Shown here piece after piece: positions 9,119 through 16,725 of a DNA stretch of 55,184 nucleotides. The notes under the pieces were generated by a model. It was not told where the DNA came from. It saw only the letters and a program-made list of their open reading frames with translations, and did not search any database. Numbering within the stretch: position 1 is the first letter of the stretch; each line of letters opens with the position of its first letter. A program made the position numbers and the translations under genes. The stretch lies in the sequence record DRR378314_499; one strand, written 5' to 3'.

Positions 9119-9394
9119 ATGAGTACTGTACCAAAGACCGTGGAAGAAATGTTGGCCGACCCCGCCGCTGCCTTTAACACACCGCAAGATGTCTTCGATA
9201 ACAAAGATCTCGGCGAACATGAAAAAAGTGAAATTTTACGCACCTGGGAAGAAGATGCGGAAGCTCTTCTGCGCGCTGAGTCCGAAGCCATGGACGCGCC
9301 AGAGAATTCATCCCGTGCGCCACAATTACTTAAGGAAATTTCCAACTTAAGGTTGAAATTGGATAAACTACAGAAAGAAAAAGATGATCGCTGA
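9119..9394 (+). CDS. Conserved-looking hypothetical protein, 91 aa
   Basis: AAAGGA RBS, ATG at 9119; DPAAAFNTPQDV...EK.EILRTWEEDA...A.SEAM pattern; overlaps the mgtC start. Confidence 0.7.
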   Translation: MSTVPKTVEEMLADPAAAFNTPQDVFDNKDLGEHEKSEILRTWEEDAEALLRAESEAMDAPENSSRAPQLLKEISNLRLKLDKLQKEKDDR

Positions 9395-9896
9395 TCTGGA
9401 GTTCGGCCTTACCTATATCTCGTGGCAGGAACTTTTATTGCGGGTCGGACTGACAATGGCTTGCGGCCTCATATTGGGGCTTGAAAGAGATACTAAAAAC
9501 AAGCCAATTGATTTTCGTGCGTATATGGTTATCGCGGTTACAACCTGTATGTTGGCCGTTCTGGGGCAAGAGGTTTATGCCGATTTTGCCTCGGCCAAGG
9601 AGATCGCAAGAGTTGATCTTGCCAGCATTATTGCGGGTGTTATGTCGGGAATAGGGTTCCTGGGCGCGGGCGCGATCATACATCGGGGTGATAATCGCGT
9701 GATTGGCACCGCCACAGGTGCGAGTATCTGGGCTTCCGGGGGCATAGGTTTGGCCATCGGATTTGGAATGTATAGCCTTGGTATTGTAGCCTTTTCGGCC
9801 ATTGGCATAATTTTGCTGGTCGGAGGTATTATTAGAAAACGGTATGTTGGTACAGGGGGCCCGGATAGCGAGGAAGAGTTTTCCACAGACCAATAG
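9384..9896 (+). CDS. MgtC/SapB family membrane protein
   Basis: GLILGLER, GIGFLGAGAII, TGASIWA.G.IGLA.G.G. Confidence 0.92.
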   Translation: MIADLEFGLTYISWQELLLRVGLTMACGLILGLERDTKNKPIDFRAYMVIAVTTCMLAVLGQEVYADFASAKEIARVDLASIIAGVMSGIGFLGAGAIIHRGDNRVIGTATGASIWASGGIGLAIGFGMYSLGIVAFSAIGIILLVGGIIRKRYVGTGGPDSEEEFSTDQ

Positions 9897-9969
9897 CTGA
9901 GATCCCGTTTTCCTGGCGCAAGTCAGAATAAAACAATCTAATAATGATATTGCTTTAATGCAGAAAAGT

Positions 9970-10008
9970 TGGGAGCGCCGCACATCATATGCGGCGCTCC
10001 CATTTTTT
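9970..10008. terminator. Intrinsic terminator between convergent mgtC and csbD
   Basis: TGGGAGCGCCGCA-7nt-TGCGGCGCTCCCA followed by T run, A run upstream. Confidence 0.8.
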
Positions 10009-10214
10009 TAGGATGCTTGATCTTTTTCAAATTCAGCAAACATGGTTTCGGCTTCATCTCTGGTGACTCCGTAATTTTCCTGGATCTTTCCTAAGAAAAT
10101 TTCACGGTCACCATTTATTTGATCCAGATCATCATCTGTCAGCTTACCCCATTTTTTCTGGGCCTCGCCTCTGATCTGTTTCCATTTACCTTTAATAATA
10201 TCTTCGTTTACCAT
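10008..10214 (-). CDS. csbD: CsbD family stress protein
   Basis: NEDIIKGKWKQIRGEAQKKWGKLTDDDLDQING. Confidence 0.95.
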   Translation of the reverse strand: MVNEDIIKGKWKQIRGEAQKKWGKLTDDDLDQINGDREIFLGKIQENYGVTRDEAETMFAEFEKDQAS

Positions 10215-10246
10215 CTATTTGTCCTTCCCAGATTGCGCCAACAGGC

Positions 10247-11077
10247 TCAGTTAGCATCTGATTTGTATTTGGTGATTAACGAGGATTTCTTTTGGGGGAG
10301 TGTAACTTTATAATCCTCATCGTCCATTTTGACGAGCTTCGCGTTATCGTAAGCCAAGCTGATTTCTTCACCGCCGAGCCCTAAAATTTTGTCAAACTCA
10401 ACGATCAAGTGGCTGGCTTGACCATTTTTAAAGGTGACGTCACCGACATCGCCCAAATTTTCACCTTTCACGTTCACAAGCTTGGCACTTAGAAGCTTCT
10501 CAACGCTGTAGGCATTTTCAGGCATCATGCGGACATTCTCACCCATTTCTTGTCGATCAAAGGAAAATTCTGCCGCGCGTTCGATAGCTGCTTCAGAAAT
10601 TGGCATCATGATATCGCCTTCAGGGCCCATTTTGACCATTGTGTCATAATCAAAGGCTGCCAGTTTACCCATCCCAAAAAAGTCACCGTCGCCGACAATC
10701 ACCATTTTGGCTTTCCCGTTCTGATCAAGGATGATGTCCTTTACGACACCGACGCGTTCGTCTTGAGCGTTATAGACGGGCTCACCGATAATGCCCTCTG
10801 CCGTAGCCTTGGTATTAATTTTGGCGTTTTCAATATCGAGCTTGTCATCATTTTCACTGAAGACAAATGCTTTGAAATCTTTGTAAAACGCTTTCGTGGC
10901 GTCCGCGGTATCGGTGGCGGCTTTGTCAACCGCATCTGTGGTTTTCTCCCAACCCTCTTTCACTTGCTCTTTGGCTTGTTCAGTTTTGCTTTCGTCCGCC
11001 TTTGCAGTTCCAGCAAGCGCGGAAGAAACACTCATAAGGGCGATGATCGATACCGTTGTTAAAATTTTCTTTTTCAT
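10247..11077 (-). CDS. Secreted protein with two PRC-barrel domains
   Basis: Signal peptide; IIGEPVYN..ERVG.VKDIILD and LLSAKLVN..GENLGDVGDV repeats. Confidence 0.8.
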   Translation of the reverse strand: MKKKILTTVSIIALMSVSSALAGTAKADESKTEQAKEQVKEGWEKTTDAVDKAATDTADATKAFYKDFKAFVFSENDDKLDIENAKINTKATAEGIIGEPVYNAQDERVGVVKDIILDQNGKAKMVIVGDGDFFGMGKLAAFDYDTMVKMGPEGDIMMPISEAAIERAAEFSFDRQEMGENVRMMPENAYSVEKLLSAKLVNVKGENLGDVGDVTFKNGQASHLIVEFDKILGLGGEEISLAYDNAKLVKMDDEDYKVTLPQKKSSLITKYKSDAN

Positions 11078-11121
11078 GTTTCAATCCTTTTTTGGGTGCA
11101 TAAAAACTTACACATAGGACA

Positions 11122-11146
11122 AACAGCGAATACCGGAAAAGGTTCC
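11122..11146 (-). promoter_or_regulatory. ECF promoter P4 (PRC-barrel gene and csbD)
   Basis: GGAAC-cttttccggtattcgct-GTT(tgt). Confidence 0.8.
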
Positions 11147-11154
11147 AACCTTCT

Positions 11155-11179
11155 GGAACTTTCCGTAACTCGGTGTGTT
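11155..11179 (+). promoter_or_regulatory. ECF promoter P5 (PA2169-like gene), back-to-back with P4
   Basis: GGAAC-tttccgtaactcggtgt-GTT(ggt). Confidence 0.8.
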
Positions 11180-11227
11180 GGTAGAAGTATCGAAACCTAG
11201 TGAACTCAAAATGAGAGAAGGCAAATT

Positions 11228-11713
11228 ATGCCAAAAACGGCAATAGAAATGCTAAATGATCTCATCGTCACCTGTGAGGACGCGCGCGAATTTTATGTCA
11301 AGTTGTCGTGTCGGACAAACAGTCGGGAGTTGAGGGAAATCCTTCTAAAAGTGGTGTCAACTCATGAAAGCACCATTATTAACCTGGAATCCCATATCGA
11401 CTCATTGGCGGAAGGCGCGGGGCAGGATACGGACATATCGGGTCGGCCTTCGACTATTTTCAAACATCTGTTATCCGTGATTGATAGTACGGATCTTGTA
11501 TTGACAGAGTATCTTGAGGCCGCAGATAACGAAGCCCTTGAGCGGTTTCAAAAGGCGCTTGAAAGTGAGCCGCCTGAGGAGACCATAAATTTAATTGAGC
11601 GGCAGGCCAAAATCCTCAGCCAAACCCAATCCCACTCAAAATTTGTGAAGGACAGTCTACAGAAAGACCGTTCAGGAACAGGCCCCTTGATTAAGAAGCG
11701 GTCGCAGCGATAA
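11228..11713 (+). CDS. PA2169/DUF2383 ferritin-like four-helix bundle protein
   Basis: IEMLNDLIVTCEDAREFY, L..HI..L, ALERFQKALE pattern. Confidence 0.7.
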   Translation: MPKTAIEMLNDLIVTCEDAREFYVKLSCRTNSRELREILLKVVSTHESTIINLESHIDSLAEGAGQDTDISGRPSTIFKHLLSVIDSTDLVLTEYLEAADNEALERFQKALESEPPEETINLIERQAKILSQTQSHSKFVKDSLQKDRSGTGPLIKKRSQR

Positions 11714-11746
11714 AATAAAGTAAGAGTATAAATTTTATCCGTTTTT

Positions 11747-11974
11747 TTGGCCAGTTTAATTCCGTTTAAACCCATTGCGCATCGTGATGTTAGGGTGTTT
11801 GATTTTGCGCGCCTGCAATTTGCAACAATTTCGATCATCACAACTCTTTTTGTGATCACACTATTGCCGATGAACTGGCTGAGCCTGGCTTTCATCGCGA
11901 TGTTGCTTGTAACTGTTGTTCGTCAAACTTCCTGTGTTGTGCGTCTATTAAGCTTCACTCATGGGGTAAGCTGA
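11747..11974 (+). pseudogene. Possible N-terminal fragment of a membrane-anchored endonuclease/exonuclease/phosphatase (YafD-like) gene
   Basis: VRVFDFARLQ followed by two hydrophobic segments resembles the RxFDFPRxQ N-terminus; catalytic domain absent. Confidence 0.45.
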
Positions 11975-11975
11975 A

Positions 11976-12194
11976 CTATTTGTTTGGAACATTAGCTGCC
12001 GCAATGCGTTGCGCTTCTTCCATATTTCCGGCGGTACCACTGGCTACGATGGTGCCGTGTATCGCGACCCCCCAATTCCAAATTTCTGCGGATTGCTCGA
12101 AATCCGGGGATGGCTCGCAATCTGCTTGCTGTTGCTCCACAATTAATTCGTACTCACCTAATTCTGTACAAAATTTTTGAGGGATCCAATCCAT
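11976..12194 (-). CDS. Hypothetical protein, about 72 aa
   Basis: ORF MDWIPQKF...WNWGVAIHGTIVASG.A..MEEAQ; purine-rich leader; alternative start at 12242. Confidence 0.55.
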   Translation of the reverse strand: MDWIPQKFCTELGEYELIVEQQQADCEPSPDFEQSAEIWNWGVAIHGTIVASGTAGNMEEAQRIAAANVPNK

Positions 12195-12343
12195 ATTTCT
12201 TTCTTCCGCAAAAACCCCAACGGGTTTAGTTAAAATATTCATTCAAGGCTAATTATTTCAGAATTGAGAGGCGAAGGGAAGTAGGCTTATTATTACTAAC
12301 CCCTTGGAGTCGCAAGTGAACGGGCGGATAAAGTGTATTTTTT

Positions 12344-12378
12344 AAAAAATAAACCCGCCTGTTTAAGGCAGGTTTATT
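12344..12378 (-). terminator. Terminator downstream of the DUF883 gene
   Basis: AATAAACCCGCCT-gttta-AGGCAGGTTTATT with adjacent A run. Confidence 0.65.
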
Positions 12379-12460
12379 AAGTCTCAACGGGTGCAACAGA
12401 ATACCGGACAAAAAGGTCTAATTTGCTTCAGGTACCTGCCCGCAACGTCGGTTTTAACCT

Positions 12461-12748
12461 TTAGTTGCGGCTCCGCATCAGAAGGCTTGTCAGAAATCCG
12501 GCGGCAAAGGCGATGACGATGCTCTGACCGGGTCTTTCTTTGACTCTGTCTTCTACTTTTTCAAGACCCTGAGCTCCATGGTCTTTTAGTTCACCAAGTC
12601 TTTCTTTGGCTTTTACCCCGAGGCTTTCTGCTTGATGGATGCCGTCACGCTTAATGCTATCCGTAAGTTCGGACAAGTGTTTTTTTACCGCTGCAAGATC
12701 CTCTTTCAACTCGTCAATTTCAGGATTAGTTTCAGCAGACTTAGCCAT
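12461..12748 (-). CDS. DUF883 (ElaB/YqjD) family membrane-anchored ribosome-binding protein
   Basis: ELKEDL, VKERPGQSIVIAFAAGFL C-terminal TM. Confidence 0.88.
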   Translation of the reverse strand: MAKSAETNPEIDELKEDLAAVKKHLSELTDSIKRDGIHQAESLGVKAKERLGELKDHGAQGLEKVEDRVKERPGQSIVIAFAAGFLTSLLMRSRN

Positions 12749-12782
12749 TTTAAAACTCCTTCTCGTTTCATGTGAATTTACA

Positions 12783-12807
12783 AACAGATAAAGAAAGAAA
12801 AAGTTCC
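12783..12807 (-). promoter_or_regulatory. ECF promoter P6 (DUF883)
   Basis: GGAAC-tttttctttctttatct-GTT(tgt). Confidence 0.8.
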
Positions 12808-12825
12808 CCGGCTAAGGTTCTAGCC

Positions 12826-13542
12826 CTAGTCAAGCGGCGTGTACATATAGCCGACACCTCGCATGGTCTTGATAAGTTTAGAGCCGTCTTCACCAAGTTT
12901 TTTGCGAATGCGGCCTATTTGTATATCGATTGCGCGATCATAAATATCATACTCGCCGTCTCGGGTCCGTTCGAATAATTGCTCTCGGCTCAGGGTTCGT
13001 TTGGGCGCCTTTACCAAAGCTTCCAGCAACTGAAATTCGCCGATCGTGATCTCGATGGATTTGCCGTTTCCATCAAAAACCTGATATTGATCGCGATCCA
13101 GAGTGAATTTGCCAAAGGTAAGGGTTTCAGTCTCGTTCTCGACACCGGTCGTTGTCGGCTGATCCATTTTAATTTCCCGGACCCGCCTTATCGCAGCCTT
13201 GATCCGCGATTTTAGCACTCTCAGTTCAAGAGGTTTTGTCAGATAGTCATCGGCTCCAACTTCCAAGCAAATGATTTTTTCCGTGACATCATTTTTTTCG
13301 GTGACGACGAATATATGTGCAGATGTGGACTGTCGAATAACACGGATAAGGCTGACTGCATCCATATCGGGGAGCGCAAGATTAACCAAAATAATATCAA
13401 TGTTACTGGTTTGAACTAGCTCCGAGGCTTCTGAGCCGTTTTTCGCCGTGATAACAGCGTAACCTTCTGCTTCGAAATATTGCGTCAGCATGCCCCGGAA
13501 TCCTTCATCGTCATCGATTGACAGGATCGAACCCCTATTCAT
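12826..13542 (-). CDS. OmpR-family response regulator with Asp-to-Asn phosphoacceptor substitution
   Basis: Receiver SIDDD...IILVNLALPDMD...GADDYLTKP plus winged helix DRAIDIQIGRIRKKL...TMRGVGY; ATG at 13542 after AAGAGG. Confidence 0.9.
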   Translation of the reverse strand: MNRGSILSIDDDEGFRGMLTQYFEAEGYAVITAKNGSEASELVQTSNIDIILVNLALPDMDAVSLIRVIRQSTSAHIFVVTEKNDVTEKIICLEVGADDYLTKPLELRVLKSRIKAAIRRVREIKMDQPTTTGVENETETLTFGKFTLDRDQYQVFDGNGKSIEITIGEFQLLEALVKAPKRTLSREQLFERTRDGEYDIYDRAIDIQIGRIRKKLGEDGSKLIKTMRGVGYMYTPLD

Positions 13543-13593
13543 CCTCTTTATCTCCATTTCGAAAACGAGGACCCAATCGGCCTCATACAATAA

Positions 13594-13620
13594 TGTTACA
13601 AACTATTTCACGATTGTTAC
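13594..13620. promoter_or_regulatory. TGTTAC direct repeats 21 bp apart, candidate OmpR-type operator
   Basis: TGTTAC at 13594 and 13615 with TTTCAC between, in the divergent regulator/sigma intergenic region. Confidence 0.45.
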
Positions 13621-13701
13621 TCAGGGGAAATTCCCCGGTTAAGTCGTTCAAATAGCCTCCTTTTATACGTTTAAAAAGCGTCCTAAAAAAGGAGTAGGCA
13701 A

Positions 13702-14193
13702 ATGTTTAACAATCAAGAATTGACCAAAGAAATGATCGGTCTCAGGAGTTTTGCGCGCCGACTCACCCACAACAACCATGACGCAGATGACTTGCTTCAG
13801 TATACGCTATTGAAAGCGATTGAAAAGAAGCACTTGTTTCAAGAAAATACAGACCTTTTCAAATGGACATCGAAGATCATGTACAATCGTTTTGTTTCTG
13901 ATTACCACCGTAAAGCAAAATATGAAACGAAATTTGATCCGGAAAGCTTTCTGAAGGCTGAAACAATAGATCCACCGCAAGTTAAGCAAATTGAGATGAA
14001 TGATGTGAATGAGGCCATGAAAATGCTGTCCCCTGAGCATTGGGAAATTCTCGTTCTGATATGCGTCCAGGATCTGAGTTATCAGGAAGTCTCTGAGTTT
14101 CTGAAAATCGCAATTGGTACGGTTCGCTCCCGCCTTTCGCGCGCGCGCGGGCAACTACAGCAGCTTCTTGAAGCCCCAATAGTGGTGAATTAA
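13702..14193 (+). CDS. ECF RNA polymerase sigma factor
   Basis: Region 2 LRSFARRLT..DADDLLQ..W...IMYN; region 4 LSYQEVS..L.I.IGTVRSRLSRAR; AGGAG RBS. Confidence 0.95.
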   Translation: MFNNQELTKEMIGLRSFARRLTHNNHDADDLLQYTLLKAIEKKHLFQENTDLFKWTSKIMYNRFVSDYHRKAKYETKFDPESFLKAETIDPPQVKQIEMNDVNEAMKMLSPEHWEILVLICVQDLSYQEVSEFLKIAIGTVRSRLSRARGQLQQLLEAPIVVN

Positions 14194-14252
14194 ATATCCT
14201 TTTTGGAAATCTGGTTTCCATATCCTTGGAGTTTCTCAAAAACCTAGTATGA

Positions 14253-14290
14253 AAAAATAACGGCGCTTCAGTTGAAGCGCCGTTATTTTT
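14253..14290. terminator. Bidirectional terminator
   Basis: Perfect 18-bp inverted repeat AAAAATAACGGCGCTTCA-gt-TGAAGCGCCGTTATTTTT. Confidence 0.88.
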
Positions 14291-14331
14291 AATCTGCTCA
14301 AACCAACAGTTCGAGTTCCGAAAATTAAGAC

Positions 14332-14508
14332 TTAGATCCGCGGCCCGCGGCCTCTAACGACGTGTACGATAGCGCCAACCACGAACAGAACTATGAAGAC
14401 CACAAATATGATTTGTGCAATTCCTGCGGACGCAGAAGCAATCCCGCCAAAGCCAAACACTGCAGCAACCAGTGCAATTAATAGAAATGTTATTGCCCAC
14501 CCTAACAT
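14332..14508 (-). CDS. DUF1328 family small membrane protein (58 aa, absent from the ORF track)
   Basis: [44 protein letters not shown]...; AGGAGAG RBS. Confidence 0.93.
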   Translation of the reverse strand: MLGWAITFLLIALVAAVFGFGGIASASAGIAQIIFVVFIVLFVVGAIVHVVRGRGPRI

Positions 14509-14545
14509 CAGGTCTCTCCTTTAACTTGTTTCATTTAGAGATACA

Positions 14546-14570
14546 AACGACGTTGTGTCTGAAAAGTTCC
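14546..14570 (-). promoter_or_regulatory. ECF promoter P7 (DUF1328)
   Basis: GGAAC-ttttcagacacaacgtc-GTT(tgt). Confidence 0.82.
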
Positions 14571-14675
14571 CGGAGATTTAAATTTTGTTCAAATTCATTC
14601 AGCATAGCCGGTTGTCAAAAATAAGTGATGTGGTGGGCCGTTGATAATTTGATGCATAGGCTATACAGTTGAGAC

Positions 14676-14858
14676 ATGAATTTTAATGGTTTTGAAGAAG
14701 AAGACATTCAAGAGTATGTGGACAATCTGCTGACACCGAAAGAGGCGCGGCGCATAGAAACTGTTATTTCCGCGAACCCTGAGGCCCGAGACTATTATTT
14801 AAAGCAACTGAGGCAGAAGGAATTGCTTAAAGCCTGGTGGAAGAATTCACAGAATTAA
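14676..14858 (+). CDS. Small soluble anti-sigma-domain-like protein (60 aa)
   Basis: EEDIQEYVDNLLTP.EARRIE..I..NPEA resembles the cytoplasmic N-terminus of RsiW/PrtR-type anti-sigma factors; no TM or sensor domain. Confidence 0.6.
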   Translation: MNFNGFEEEDIQEYVDNLLTPKEARRIETVISANPEARDYYLKQLRQKELLKAWWKNSQN

Positions 14859-14923
14859 GGACAGGATCCCATACTTCGCTACATCCGCATTACATTTCCA
14901 TAGCAAAATACTTCTTATTGTAC

Positions 14924-14948
14924 GGAACCAAATGGACTGTCAGTTGTT
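14924..14948 (+). promoter_or_regulatory. ECF promoter P8 (AI-2E gene)
   Basis: GGAAC-caaatggactgtcagtt-GTT(ctt). Confidence 0.75.
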
Positions 14949-14972
14949 CTTTTATGAAAAGGACGTTCCGTA

Positions 14973-16061
14973 ATGCAACAAGCTAAAAAATTAAAACCTG
15001 AAACGCTGCGTGTTGCCCAGGAGCGTAGAAGCAGCATTGAAGCGGCTGTAAAACTGTCAGTTATTTTTGTTGGGCTTTTTGTATTTGTCGCAACACTACA
15101 TTTTTCCAAAATCATTCTGTCCCCAATTTGTCTTGCGATCATCATCGGGATAATGTTCGGTCCGATTGCGGATCGGATAGAAAAATATCGAATTCCTGCG
15201 TCCCGATCGGCCGCTATCGTTGTTTTACTGTTTATGATCCTTGTTATCGCCGCGATATCTGCATTTGCTGGTCCCCTGTCGACTTGGATTGATCAATTAC
15301 CGAGAATTTGGGCAAGATTGCGTTTTGAGCTCGCCAGTTGGCAGGACACTCTGGCATTGATCACAGATCTGCAGTCCCAGTTGAAAAGTGTAATGAGTCA
15401 GGAGCAAGGGGTAACCGTTGTCGTTGACGATGGTTCTGCCGTTGAGGAGGCCGCTGTCCTCGCACCCACGATTGCAGCACAAATTATCCTTTTTCTCGCG
15501 AGTTTCTATTTCTTTGTCGCCACTCGTCACAGTCTCCGGCACGCTATTTTGAGTTTACCGATCAAGCGGAAAACCCGTTGGAATATGGCGCGGGTTTTCC
15601 GTGAAATTGAAAATAATGTGTCTGGCTACCTGCTTTCCATCACCCTCATAAATCTTGGCATGGGGTTGTGTGTAGCTCTGGCATTATGGTTTTTGGAGAT
15701 ACCTTCGCCGCTACTTTGGGGTATGCTCGCCGCGGTGCTCAACTATGTCGTCTTCATTGGCCCAGCCGTCACATTTGTTGTCCTTCTTGGGGTTGGCCTG
15801 ACCAGCTCAACCGTCCTGTGGGTTGCGGCTGCGCCAGCTCTCGTTTATTTAGCCATAAACCTTCTGGAGGCACAGATTGTAACACCACTGGTGATTGGCC
15901 GCAAAATGACCTTGAATCCATTTATAGTGTTCCTTGCCATCGTGTTCTGGATTTGGCTCTGGGGGCCACTCGGCGGGTTCATCGCTGTGCCGTCGCTTCT
16001 GATCCTTTTCGCAATATACAATCAGATGCTTGTCAAACCGCAGAAAGCCAATGTCCGCTAA
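14973..16061 (+). CDS. AI-2E family transporter
   Basis: Multi-TM; YLLSITLIN, LWGMLA..LNY, LNPF.VFLAI.FW.WLWGP.GG. Confidence 0.9.
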   Translation: MQQAKKLKPETLRVAQERRSSIEAAVKLSVIFVGLFVFVATLHFSKIILSPICLAIIIGIMFGPIADRIEKYRIPASRSAAIVVLLFMILVIAAISAFAGPLSTWIDQLPRIWARLRFELASWQDTLALITDLQSQLKSVMSQEQGVTVVVDDGSAVEEAAVLAPTIAAQIILFLASFYFFVATRHSLRHAILSLPIKRKTRWNMARVFREIENNVSGYLLSITLINLGMGLCVALALWFLEIPSPLLWGMLAAVLNYVVFIGPAVTFVVLLGVGLTSSTVLWVAAAPALVYLAINLLEAQIVTPLVIGRKMTLNPFIVFLAIVFWIWLWGPLGGFIAVPSLLILFAIYNQMLVKPQKANVR

Positions 16062-16239
16062 CATTGCCATACGGGATGCTAGTCAATTCCAGTTTCTCCC
16101 AAATAAGGCCCTGCAATTTAATATTATATTAGAGTAGAATGTTAAAGTCGTCACGGAGAACTCATCTGAGGAATATCAGATCGCGAGAGTGATGTCAGGA
16201 ATATCCGCTCAAATGCATTGAAAGTGAGTTAATTGCGAG

Positions 16240-16683
16240 ATGCTTAATGACGATGAACCAGCCTTCAAGCCTATAACGTGGAATCATGTATTCGAAATGG
16301 GGCATTCAGCCGTTGATGCTGACCACCTAAGCCTTGTCAAAAAGACGAACACGCTTCTAGAAATGATCGCTCTAGAGTCCGGCGCTGGGACCGGGCCAAT
16401 TATTTCATTGGTAAAGGCGATGCGAGAAGATTGTTATCAGCACTTCGTTTGTGAAGAGCAAGTAATGCAGATGTTGGATTTTGTGGGAATGAACGAACAT
16501 ATCAAGGAGCATCGTCGGGTCGAAGGAGTGATAGACGGCATCCTTGACCGATTGAGAGAGTTACCGGAAGGGGGACCTGAATTTCGAGAACTCGTCCTGA
16601 CCTTTCGGATGTGCCTACTTGACCATATGCTCCACTATGATCTGAAGTATAAATCTCACTTTATGAACTCAGCTGGTTATTGA
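16240..16683 (+). CDS. Bacteriohemerythrin family protein
   Basis: W...FEMG..VDADH, HF..EE..M, H..EH, H....D di-iron ligand pattern. Confidence 0.85.
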   Translation: MLNDDEPAFKPITWNHVFEMGHSAVDADHLSLVKKTNTLLEMIALESGAGTGPIISLVKAMREDCYQHFVCEEQVMQMLDFVGMNEHIKEHRRVEGVIDGILDRLRELPEGGPEFRELVLTFRMCLLDHMLHYDLKYKSHFMNSAGY

Positions 16684-16725
16684 AATGGGCGACTGAACGT
16701 ACCCAACGCCTTGATCCTGTTTTAT

